Below, piece by piece: positions 16,497 through 24,189 of a stretch of DNA of 26,031 bases. Positions within the stretch are counted from its first letter, which is position 1. Each line of letters opens with the position of its first letter. A program made the position numbers and the translations under genes. Below the pieces are notes generated by a model. The model was not told the origin of the DNA, did no database searches, and saw only the letters and a list, made by a program, of their open reading frames with translations. The stretch lies in contig JAJFLU010000057.1 of assembly GCA_021772515.1 (NCBI GenBank), forward strand, positions 1 to 26,031. The letters are read 5' to 3'. The stretch is from Opitutales bacterium (GTDB lineage Bacteria > Verrucomicrobiota > Verrucomicrobiia > Opitutales > UBA2987).

Positions 16497-17348
16497 TCAA
16501 TTGGATTGATCGAGAATGTCCCGAATTTGTTCATCATATTCTGTTTTCCAATTTCGGAGCGACTCCTCATTAAAAAAGTGTTTGATGTCGGCTTTTTGAT
16601 AAATCCCTCTCGTTACCGCGATCATGGAGGTGGTGTCTTTCAGGTGGTGGGTCATTTCCGCCCGGCTGGCGAGGGTGGCGCCTTCTTTTCCCACCACCAT
16701 TTTGAACTGTGTGAAACGCAGAGTCTTCAATAACTGGTTTTCGGTCGTGAAAAAATCAATTTTCAAAATGGTGTAATCCTCCTGTGATATCCAGATGTCC
16801 CGTTTTGCATAGCCGGTGTTGGAGCCGATGGAATCGTCCACCGGTTTGGCAGTTATGGTATAGCATTCGGCGCCTTCCAGATAGTCGTTCAAACCTCGTT
16901 TATACTCGTAGCGCTCGGGATTTTCGGGTAGTAGATCCTCGTAGGCGAAATCCGAACCCATAAAGTATCCCTTTTGCCCCGAGCCGGAAATTTTCCTCAG
17001 CTGCTCCAAAGCGGGCATGTAGAGCACCTGTTCGTATTCCTCTTCTTCGCGCTGCTTGCTGAGCAGAGCCACACCGCGTATATTTTCCGGATTCAGAAAC
17101 CTCAGAAGTGAGTACTGAGCATGGGTCTCATCCTCCAGGAAGAGCCGCAAAACCTCCTTGGTATCGACGTTCCCCCGGCTGTCCAGGGTTACCATTTTTA
17201 TCTTTTCGATTTTGGAGGTAAGACCGTGACGGGACAGATACTCATCAATTATTTTCCGGCCCGTTAATGAGTCTTTGCGAAAACCGGTCAAAACCAGGCA
17301 GCAAGCAATAAGCAGGGCTGCGTAAACAGGGGTTTTCAAGGCTTTCAT
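16497..17348 (-). CDS. LolA-like outer-membrane lipoprotein-sorting family lipoprotein (usual partner of COG1033 exporters)
   Basis: ATG 17348 gives MKALKTPVYAALLIAC|C with a lipobox L-I-A-C. The FMGSDFAYEDL motif and overall pattern match the LolA-like family. It ends 77 nt upstream of the RND gene on the same strand. Confidence 0.72.
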   Translation of the reverse strand: MKALKTPVYAALLIACCLVLTGFRKDSLTGRKIIDEYLSRHGLTSKIEKIKMVTLDSRGNVDTKEVLRLFLEDETHAQYSLLRFLNPENIRGVALLSKQREEEEYEQVLYMPALEQLRKISGSGQKGYFMGSDFAYEDLLPENPERYEYKRGLNDYLEGAECYTITAKPVDDSIGSNTGYAKRDIWISQEDYTILKIDFFTTENQLLKTLRFTQFKMVVGKEGATLASRAEMTHHLKDTTSMIAVTRGIYQKADIKHFFNEESLRNWKTEYDEQIRDILDQSN

Positions 17349-17510
17349 CGTCTGATAAGGTTGGCAGGCAGGGTGTAAACCTGACACTTCACCATGCACA
17401 GCTTTCAGGGCATTACAATATTTTATGCAAAGGGTTTCAAAGCCTCCTGGCCGGGTCGGTTAGGGTTTTTTCTTTACGCGCCGTTTCTGGGCATCATACT
17501 CAACAGGCCT
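17349..17510. promoter_or_regulatory. Divergent intergenic region between the LolA-like/RND operon (minus) and SDR/deo genes (plus)
   Basis: Inferred from divergent start codons 162 nt apart. No motif is claimed. Confidence 0.3.
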
Positions 17511-18290
17511 ATGAATCTTCTTGAAAATAAAGTCATCCTGGTAACCGGCGCTGGTCGGGGCATGGGTCGTGGAATTGCGTTGGCGCTCGCTCAGGCGGGT
17601 GCTCGAGTAGCTGCCGGGGATCTGCAATTGGATGGGGTCGAGGAAACCATAGGTATGGTTGAAAAAACAGGGGGCTCAGGATTGGCGGTTTCATTGGATG
17701 TTACTCAGGCCAATACCGTTTCGGCAGCCGTAGAGCAGATTGTGCAAAAATTCGGTCGGCTCGACGGTCTTGTGAACAATGCCGGAGTTGTCCGCATAAC
17801 CCCGGCCATCGACTCGCCACCCGAAGAACGCGCCCTCCAATTCGGTGTCAATGTGGAAGGCGTATTCATTTGTTGCCAAATTGCCGCCCGGCAAATGATC
17901 TCCCAAGGTGATGGTGGTACCATTGTCAATATCGCCTCGGAAGCGGGAAAAGTGGGGCATATGGACATGGCAGCCTACAACGCCAGCAAGGCCTCTGTTA
18001 TCAGCCTGACCCGCTCATTTTCCATGGAATGGGCCAAGCACGGCATAAATGTCAACGCGGTCTGTCCCGGCGGCGTGGAGACCCCGATGCTTCTGGATGT
18101 GGCCAAATGGATCGCCAAAAGAGACGGCGGAGATCCTCATAAAATTGTCAAAACCCTCCATCCACCCCAATTGGGCCGCAATATCCAACCCATTGAGGTC
18201 GGCAGAGCGGTGGCGTTTATGCTCTCAGAACACGCAATCATCATCCGGGGCCAGTCCGTCAACATCGACGGAGGTGAAACGCCGTATTAA
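17511..18290 (+). CDS. SDR family NAD(P)-dependent oxidoreductase (sugar/polyol dehydrogenase-like)
   Basis: ATG 17511 gives MNLLENKVILVTGAGRGMGRGIA. It also has NNAG, NIASEAG and YNASK (YxxxK). The track start 17394 adds 39 non-homologous residues and overlaps the divergent gene. Confidence 0.85.
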   Translation: MNLLENKVILVTGAGRGMGRGIALALAQAGARVAAGDLQLDGVEETIGMVEKTGGSGLAVSLDVTQANTVSAAVEQIVQKFGRLDGLVNNAGVVRITPAIDSPPEERALQFGVNVEGVFICCQIAARQMISQGDGGTIVNIASEAGKVGHMDMAAYNASKASVISLTRSFSMEWAKHGINVNAVCPGGVETPMLLDVAKWIAKRDGGDPHKIVKTLHPPQLGRNIQPIEVGRAVAFMLSEHAIIIRGQSVNIDGGETPY

Positions 18291-18435
18291 GATGGCGCAA
18301 GAGGATGTAAGATTCGGGATGCAAGTTGCAAAATACAGGATAGAATATTGGGATTTCAGTTTTCAGGATGCCGGTTCCAAATTAGTAGTTTAAAACTTTA
18401 TTAAAATATCAAGGCCCAATGAAAAAAACAATCCA

Positions 18436-18486
18436 GCATCCCTCATCTCGCATCTTGAATATCGCATCCCTCCCCCTGCCATCCCT
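18436..18486 (+). promoter_or_regulatory. Pyrimidine-rich repeated boxes in the deoB leader (GCATCCCTC x2, CATCCCT x3, CCCTCATCTCGCATC)
   Basis: GCATCCCTC occurs at 18436-18444 and 18464-18472, with a further CATCCCT at 18480-18486. CCCTCATCTCGCATC (18440-18454) ends 46 nt before the deoB ATG. A near-identical box precedes deoA. Confidence 0.3.
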
Positions 18487-18500
18487 TCTTGGTTAACCCT

Positions 18501-19679
18501 ATGAAAGCGTCCCTGCTTGTTATCGATAGCTTTGGTATCGGCGCTCTGCCGGATGCTGGAAATTATGGGGATGAAGGCTCCAATACCGCTTTGCATATCT
18601 GCGAGAATGTCCCCGAAATCCACCTGCCCAATTTGACTCGCCTTGGATTGGGCAATTGCTCGGAAATTTTGGGCAATCCCCTTCCTGGAATCCCTTCTCA
18701 GGCGACTCCGTTGGCCTCATGGGGTGTGATGAAAGAGCAGTCCCCCGGTAAGGACACGACGACGGGCCATTGGGAATTGGCAGGCATTATTCTCGATAAA
18801 CCCTTCCCGACTTTCCCTATAATTGCCCCTTCGTTTCCCGAGGAAATTATACAACCGTTCCGTCAGACATTCAGGGTGGGCGTCCTTGGAAATGAATCGG
18901 CCTCCGGGGTAGATATCATCGCCCGGTTGGGAGAGGAGCATGTGCAAACCGGCAACCCAATCGTTTACACCTCGGCGGATTCAGTTTTGCAGGTGGCAGC
19001 TCATGAAGAGGTTATCCCTCTGACGCAGCTTTATGAGATGTGCATGGTACTTCGACGTCTCTGCGACCCTTTTCAGGTGGGCAGGGTAATTGCTCGTCCC
19101 TTTCTGGGCGAACCTGGAAATTTTGAACGCACTGCCAACCGCAAGGATTTTAGCCTGCCCCTGCCGCATAATACCATCTTGGATGTTATGGGTGAACATG
19201 GTGTCAAAACCATCGCCGTGGGCAAAATTGGCGACATCTTCAATGAAAAAGGAATCGATGAAAGTTACCACGATAAAGGGAACACCGCCTGTCTCGAGCG
19301 AACGGTGAATCTTTTGCGGGACAGGGCAGGGGAGTCCTTTTTCATGTTCGTAAATTATGTGGATACCGATATGTTCTACGGCCACCGCCGGGATGTGAGC
19401 GGATATTACGAAGCCCTCGTCGAGATCGACCAGTATTTGGGCCAAATGATCGATTATATGAATACCGGAGACCTCCTTATGGTAACCGCTGACCACGGTT
19501 GCGACCCCACCTTCGAGGGCACCGACCATACCCGCGAATATGTGCCCATACTCGCTTATCGAAAAGGGTGGCCGGGCGGAAACATCGGCATCAGGGATAG
19601 TTTTGCCGATGCCGCCCAAAGTGTGGCAGCCTGTTTCGGAACTTCTCCACTTCCCAATGGGGCAAGTTTTTTCCTATAA
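18501..19679 (+). CDS. deoB: Phosphopentomutase
   Basis: Starts MKASLLVIDSFGIGALPDAGNYGDEGSNTALHI and contains ...TADHGCDPT..., typical of DeoB (alkaline-phosphatase superfamily metal sites). I prefer ATG 18501 over the TTG at 18489. Confidence 0.9.
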   Translation: MKASLLVIDSFGIGALPDAGNYGDEGSNTALHICENVPEIHLPNLTRLGLGNCSEILGNPLPGIPSQATPLASWGVMKEQSPGKDTTTGHWELAGIILDKPFPTFPIIAPSFPEEIIQPFRQTFRVGVLGNESASGVDIIARLGEEHVQTGNPIVYTSADSVLQVAAHEEVIPLTQLYEMCMVLRRLCDPFQVGRVIARPFLGEPGNFERTANRKDFSLPLPHNTILDVMGEHGVKTIAVGKIGDIFNEKGIDESYHDKGNTACLERTVNLLRDRAGESFFMFVNYVDTDMFYGHRRDVSGYYEALVEIDQYLGQMIDYMNTGDLLMVTADHGCDPTFEGTDHTREYVPILAYRKGWPGGNIGIRDSFADAAQSVAACFGTSPLPNGASFFL

Positions 19680-19704
19680 CCCTCAATCTCGCATCCTGCA
19701 TCCC
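19680..19704 (+). promoter_or_regulatory. deoA leader box CCCTCAATCTCGCATCCTGCATCCC, homologous to the deoB leader box
   Basis: The 16-mer CCCTCAATCTCGCATC (19680-19695) matches 18440-18454 with one inserted A. It ends 47 nt before the deoA ATG, versus 46 nt for deoB. Confidence 0.3.
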
Positions 19705-19742
19705 ACATCTTCTCCACCCTCCTGACACCACAGAAATCAATT

Positions 19743-21050
19743 ATGTTTCCACAAGATATCATTAGAAAAAAACGGGATGGCAGTTCCCTTAGCCGCGAGG
19801 AAATCGAAATTTTTGTCGAGGGCGTCGTCTCGGGAGCCTTCGCAAAATACCAATCGTCGGCCTTGCTCATGGCGATTTATCTGAATGGCATGACGGCGCG
19901 GGAAACCGGTTGGTTGACGGCTGCCATGATGAAATCCGGCGAGGTAATCGACCTCAGCCACATCGGATTGCCCAAGGCCGACAAACATTCCACCGGCGGT
20001 ATCGGTGACAAAGTTTCCCTCATCCTCGCTCCGCTGGCGGCTTCAGCCGGGCTTTGTGTGCCCATGATTAGTGGTCGGGGCTTGGGGCATACCGGGGGAA
20101 CCCTTGATAAACTCGAAGCCATTCCGGGATTTAGCGTCCAACAGGATACTCCCCAATTCAAACAACAGCTCGCGGAAATAGGCGTGGCCATGATCGGGCA
20201 AACCGCCGCTCTCGTTCCGGCGGATCGCGAACTATATGCTCTCCGCGATGTGACCGCCACCGTTTCCTGCATCCCCCTGATATGTGCAAGCATCATGAGC
20301 AAGAAATTGGCCGAAGGAACCGATTCGTTGGTGCTCGACGTCAAGTATGGAGTCGGCGCATTTATGAAAACTCCGCAGCTTGCGCGGGAGCTTGCCGAGG
20401 CCATGGTAGCCATCGGTAAGGAGATGGATCGCACAACGGTGGCATTTTTAACCGCCATGAACCAGCCGCTGGGCCGCAAATGTGGCAATGCTCTCGAAGT
20501 GGTGGAAAGTATCGAATGCCTCAAGGGCGAAGGGCCCGCCGATCTCATGGAAGTCGTGCTGACCCTGGCCTCTCAAATGATGGTTTGCGGCGGATTATCC
20601 GAATGCCGGGAGGAAGCGGAGGGCATTTTGAGGCAAAAAATCGAATCCGGCCAAGCTCTCGAATTATTCCGCAAAATGGTGCAGGCACAGGGCGGCGATT
20701 CCCGTGTGATCGACGACTATGGCATTTTACCCATTGCCTCGGAAATTGTTGATGTTGTCTATGTCGGGAAGGACGGGTTCGTAAATGAGGTCCACGCTCT
20801 CAAAATCGGCCACGCCCTGATGGCCCTCGGAGCGGGTCGGGAATCGGTCGATTCCGGCATTGATTTGGCCGTCGGGATTAGCGACCTTGTAAAAGTAGGC
20901 GAACCTGTTACTGGAGGCGCGGTCCTTTGCCGTATTCATATAAATAGACAGGAGAGTCTGACTGGAGCCGAGAAACTCGTCCGGGAGGCCATCAAGGTGG
21001 AAACCGAAGCTCCTCAACCTGAAAAACTTATTTTCGATTTTATTTCCTGA
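19743..21050 (+). CDS. deoA: Thymidine / pyrimidine-nucleoside phosphorylase
   Basis: Starts MFPQDIIRKKRDGSSLSREEIEIFV and contains DKHSTGGIGDKVSLILAPLAA and GRGLGHTGGTLDKLE. These are the canonical glycosyltransferase family 3 / DeoA motifs. Confidence 0.9.
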   Translation: MFPQDIIRKKRDGSSLSREEIEIFVEGVVSGAFAKYQSSALLMAIYLNGMTARETGWLTAAMMKSGEVIDLSHIGLPKADKHSTGGIGDKVSLILAPLAASAGLCVPMISGRGLGHTGGTLDKLEAIPGFSVQQDTPQFKQQLAEIGVAMIGQTAALVPADRELYALRDVTATVSCIPLICASIMSKKLAEGTDSLVLDVKYGVGAFMKTPQLARELAEAMVAIGKEMDRTTVAFLTAMNQPLGRKCGNALEVVESIECLKGEGPADLMEVVLTLASQMMVCGGLSECREEAEGILRQKIESGQALELFRKMVQAQGGDSRVIDDYGILPIASEIVDVVYVGKDGFVNEVHALKIGHALMALGAGRESVDSGIDLAVGISDLVKVGEPVTGGAVLCRIHINRQESLTGAEKLVREAIKVETEAPQPEKLIFDFIS

Positions 21051-21094
21051 TTTCCCAACTTTACATTAATTGACTACTCGGAGGATTATTTAAA

Positions 21095-21910
21095 ATGCAG
21101 GTCGCGCTTGATTATATACTATCGAAAATTAATGGATTTACTCCCGCCACGGGCCTTGTTCTGGGTTCGGGGCTCGGGTTTTTTGCCGATGATCGAATGA
21201 AGGATCCGATTGTGATTCCCTACGAAGAGATTCCCAACTTTCCCCGTTCAACCACCGAAGGGCATAAGGGCAATCTCGTTTTTGGCACGGTGGATGGGCA
21301 TAATGTCGTCTGTATGCAGGGGCGCTTTCACTTCTACGAAGGCTACCCCATGAGCGAGTTGATCAAACCGATCCGCATCATGGCCAAGCTTGGCGTCAAG
21401 ACCCTCATTGTGACCAATGCCGCCGGGGGCATCAATCGGAATTTCATCGAGGGAACACTCATGCTCATTACTGACCATATCAATTTTTTGGGAACCAATC
21501 CGCTTTTCGGGACAAATGACGATTCGATCGGGTGTCGTTTCCCCGATATGTCCACCGCCTATGACCCCGAATTGCGAGAAAAGGCGGAGCAAGTGGCCGA
21601 ATCCCTCGGGATTGCCGTGGACAAGGGAGTTTACCTCGCCGCCACCGGGCCATCCTACGAGACCCCGGCGGAAATTCGGGCCTTCGAGACGCTCGGGGTC
21701 GATGCCGTGGGTATGTCCACCGTTCCCGAATGCATCGCGGCCAACCACGCCGGAATAAAGGTTTGCGGAATCTCCTGTATTACCAATAAAGCGGCTGGAA
21801 TTTCCGAAAAACCACTCTCCCATGAGGAGGTGGCCGAGACCGCCAATCGCGTAAAGAATGAGTTCGCGGACTTGCTGGAGCATTTGATTCCCGCCTTTAA
21901 CGCTTCTTGA
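21095..21910 (+). CDS. punA: Purine nucleoside phosphorylase (trimeric PNP / PunA type)
   Basis: Contains GLVLGSGLG, EGHKGNLVFG, MQGRFHFYEGY, VTNAAGGIN and VGMSTVPE. GGAGG lies about 10 nt upstream of the ATG. Confidence 0.9.
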   Translation: MQVALDYILSKINGFTPATGLVLGSGLGFFADDRMKDPIVIPYEEIPNFPRSTTEGHKGNLVFGTVDGHNVVCMQGRFHFYEGYPMSELIKPIRIMAKLGVKTLIVTNAAGGINRNFIEGTLMLITDHINFLGTNPLFGTNDDSIGCRFPDMSTAYDPELREKAEQVAESLGIAVDKGVYLAATGPSYETPAEIRAFETLGVDAVGMSTVPECIAANHAGIKVCGISCITNKAAGISEKPLSHEEVAETANRVKNEFADLLEHLIPAFNAS

Positions 21911-21949
21911 GTCGATAGCGTTAATTTTTTGCAATTGGATGCGGTAACA

Positions 21950-23287
21950 ATGGCCCGAATAATTTCCCTGGATGAAAAAATCAGCCCGGGGGTCGCTTTC
22001 GCGTGTGGATTGCAGCATGTCCTGGCCATGTTTGTGGGGATCATCACCCCGCCACTGATTATCGGCGGCGCCCTTGGCCTGACGAGCGGAGATACCGCTT
22101 TTCTGGTCAGCATGGCCCTGTTTACCTCGGGCGTCACGACCTTTGTGCAAGTGCGAAGATTCGGCGCTGTGGGATCCGGATTGCTCAGTGTGCAGGGCAC
22201 CAGTTTTACCTTTGTGCCACTGGCTTTGGAGGCGGGCAGGGGAGGGGGAATTTCGCTCATTCTCGGCCTGACAATCCTGTGCGCTCCGGTGGAAATTGTT
22301 CTCAGCCGTTTCATAGGTCTTGTTCGCAAACTCTTCCCTCCGGTTGTGACCGGCTCCGTCATCATGCTCATTGGTATTAGCCTGATTCGGGTGGGGATGC
22401 TGGATTTGGCCGGAGGTGTTGGCGCGGACGATTTCGGCTCATTTGGAAATCTGGGGATGGGTTTCTTTGTCATGGCTGTGATCGTGCTGGTGAGCCTGTT
22501 TGGGCATGGATTTTTTCGCATGGTATCCATCGCCATTGGCCTGATTAGCGGATACCTCCTCGCGGCCTTGCTTGGCTGGATAGACTTCACACCGGTGGGC
22601 CAAGCGGAGATTTTCACCTTTCCCATGCCCCTGCATTTCGGGCTCGATTTCAATATCCTTTACCTGTTGCCCTGGATAGTGGGCTATGCCGTTACCTCAA
22701 TCGAAACGATTGGCGACGTCACGGCCACTTCCGCTGTTTCGGGCGAGCCGGTCAAAGGTTCCGTCTATATAAAACGATTGCAAGGCGGAGTGTTGGCCGA
22801 TGGCCTCGGCAGCGTGTTTGCGGGACTCTTTAACGCCATGCCTAACACCACTTTTTCTCAAAATAACGGGGTGATCAAACTCACCGGAGTGGCCTCGCGG
22901 CGGGCGGGGTTTGTTGTCGCTATTCTCCTCACAATCCTTGGCCTTTTCCCTCAAATAGCCGCTTTCGTCAGTGTGATGCCCAAACCGGTCCTCGGGGGCG
23001 CAACAATCGTGCTCTTTGCCACTGTCGCTGTGGCCGGACTGCGGCTGGTAATCACGGACGGCCTCACCCCCCGGAAGGAACTCATCCTCGCGATCACCCT
23101 GGCCTTTGGTCTCGGCGCAACCATGGTTCCCGAAGCCTTTAGCAACTTTGATAGTTTCGGTGCAGATAACCCCCTGCTTCACGGAATCCTCGGATCAATA
23201 AAAGTGGTCCTGCAATCGGGAATCGCCGTAGCCGGAATCACCGCCACCACCCTGAACCTCCTCCTGCCAGAAGAAAAAAGTGGTTGA
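21950..23287 (+). CDS. NCS2/NAT family nucleobase:cation symporter (xanthine/urate-type signature)
   Basis: Contains GLQHVLAMFVGIITPPLIIG and multiple TM segments. The NAT signature QNNGVIKLTG begins with Gln, as in xanthine/uric-acid transporters rather than the Glu of uracil transporters. I prefer ATG 21950 (MARIISLDEK) over the TTG at 21929. Confidence 0.87.
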   Translation: MARIISLDEKISPGVAFACGLQHVLAMFVGIITPPLIIGGALGLTSGDTAFLVSMALFTSGVTTFVQVRRFGAVGSGLLSVQGTSFTFVPLALEAGRGGGISLILGLTILCAPVEIVLSRFIGLVRKLFPPVVTGSVIMLIGISLIRVGMLDLAGGVGADDFGSFGNLGMGFFVMAVIVLVSLFGHGFFRMVSIAIGLISGYLLAALLGWIDFTPVGQAEIFTFPMPLHFGLDFNILYLLPWIVGYAVTSIETIGDVTATSAVSGEPVKGSVYIKRLQGGVLADGLGSVFAGLFNAMPNTTFSQNNGVIKLTGVASRRAGFVVAILLTILGLFPQIAAFVSVMPKPVLGGATIVLFATVAVAGLRLVITDGLTPRKELILAITLAFGLGATMVPEAFSNFDSFGADNPLLHGILGSIKVVLQSGIAVAGITATTLNLLLPEEKSG

Positions 23288-23510
23288 TAATAAGGAACTG
23301 CGTCACAACAAGTTCAGAACAGCGGAACCCAAATTACGCGGCCTGCCATCAAAGGCGCCAACCGGCTGGAGTCAAATTGGCTGCTCGGGCAGGACAAAAT
23401 TACGAACTAACTTTGATCTTTTCCTTATAATCGGGATAGCTCCGTTGCGTGGAGAAAATGACATTGTTGTCGCTTACCCATTTCGGTATCCTGTAACCTA
23501 CATTTCCGAA

Positions 23511-23852
23511 ATGGATAAAGAACCGGTTGTTCAAGAAGCTGCAGAGAATCCCATTCATTTGGCCTTGAGATGGGCGCATGAGATGAAAACTGATCCCGGT
23601 TTATTGATGTCGCAAGTCGCTGAAAGAGAAGAACTCTCAAGGGCACGGATCACTCAGAATATGAGTTTACTGAAGCTTAATAAGGATATTCGCGATTATC
23701 TGAGCAATCTCACCTGCGGAAAGAAAACGCGCTTTTTCAGTGAAAGACGATTGCGGCCATTGACGCGTCTCCACCAGTCCGAACAGTCGCGAATATTTAA
23801 CGAAATGGTCGAAGTCTCTGACAAGAAACTTGGTGGATGCGGAGCGGAGTGA
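23511..23852 (+). CDS. Small ParB-like helix-turn-helix DNA-binding protein lacking the ParB N-terminal domain
   Basis: ATG 23511 gives a 113-aa protein. MSQVAEREELSRARITQNMSLLKLNKDIRDYL...SERRLRPLTRL resembles the ParB/Spo0J HTH segment (ltq.elA...g.sr..itn.lrLl.L...i...l). The upstream 77 codons of the track ORF have no recognisable features. Confidence 0.5.
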   Translation: MDKEPVVQEAAENPIHLALRWAHEMKTDPGLLMSQVAEREELSRARITQNMSLLKLNKDIRDYLSNLTCGKKTRFFSERRLRPLTRLHQSEQSRIFNEMVEVSDKKLGGCGAE

Positions 23853-23907
23853 ATCAAATCCGGCTCCGAATTAGGTAAGAAATGGTTGAAATTGATGTGC
23901 ACAATTT

Positions 23908-24145
23908 GATTCATTTGCTTCACCGATTTTATATCTGATTGGATAACAAGATGATACACCATGAAGCAAAAGCCGATTCAATTTGCTTCACCCTTTTGAG
24001 GCATAGAAGCGAAAATAAGTCATAGTCTCATATATAATTGGCAATCAACAGGTAACAATATCATGGCCGTGCAATGAATCAATGGAGCACAAGGGCGTAT
24101 ATTTCGATTTGCTTCACGGTTTTTGATTCGCTTCTTTTGCTTCAA
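23908..24145. repeat. Iteron-like array: TTTGCTTCA four times direct and once inverted, in the intergenic region after the ParB-like gene
   Basis: Direct copies lie at 23914-23922, 23982-23990, 24108-24116 and 24136-24144. Three extend to GAT(TCA)(A)TTTGCTTCAC. The inverted copy TGAAGCAAA at 23962-23970 forms a 9-bp inverted repeat with 23982-23990 across an 11-nt spacer. Degenerate relatives are GAAGCGAAAA at 24006-24015 and GATTCGCTTC at 24125-24134. Confidence 0.7.
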
Positions 24146-24189
24146 TTTACCTGTATCGCCGTTGTCGAGGGAGAGAGGCGATGTAGCCG

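Noticed and set aside
18291-18435. Possible purine or other nucleoside-related riboswitch in the 210-nt SDR-deoB intergenic region
   Set aside because: I could not find the conserved purine-riboswitch junction and loop sequences (UAUAAU..., ...UUUCUACC..., CCGUAAAU-type loops) or any other riboswitch core I recognise. A covariance-model scan (Rfam/Infernal) would be the decisive test.
18981-20548. Minus-strand ORFs of 212 aa (18981-19619) and 223 aa (19877-20548), and similarly 9368-10000 (210 aa)
   Set aside because: They are antisense shadows of deoB, deoA and the SDR respectively, with no motifs.
21248-22653. Two long minus-strand ORFs (300 aa and 332 aa)
   Set aside because: They are antisense to punA and the NCS2 permease, both of which have strong family motifs. 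The products are Arg/Pro/Ser/Gly-rich and low-complexity with no motifs.
23331-23404. 8-bp direct repeat AAATTACG flanking a 58-nt segment with nested inverted repeats (CCTGCC...GCCAA...TTGGC...GGCAGG), considered as a MITE-like insertion with target-site duplication or as a terminator
   Set aside because: An 8-mer recurring within 70 nt is expected tens of times by chance in 26 kb (about 26000 x 70 / 65536). The stems are only 5-6 bp with large internal loops, and no U-tract follows.
23404-23570. 59-codon minus-strand ORF (MRPSQGQMNGILCSFLNNRFFIHFGNVGYRIPKWVSDNNVIFSTQRSYPDYKEKIKVSS) whose tail faintly resembles a RelE/ParE toxin C-terminus
   Set aside because: The resemblance covers only about 25 residues and rests on memory. 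The N-terminal half has no toxin features, the ORF overlaps the start of the ParB-like gene, and no antitoxin partner is present.
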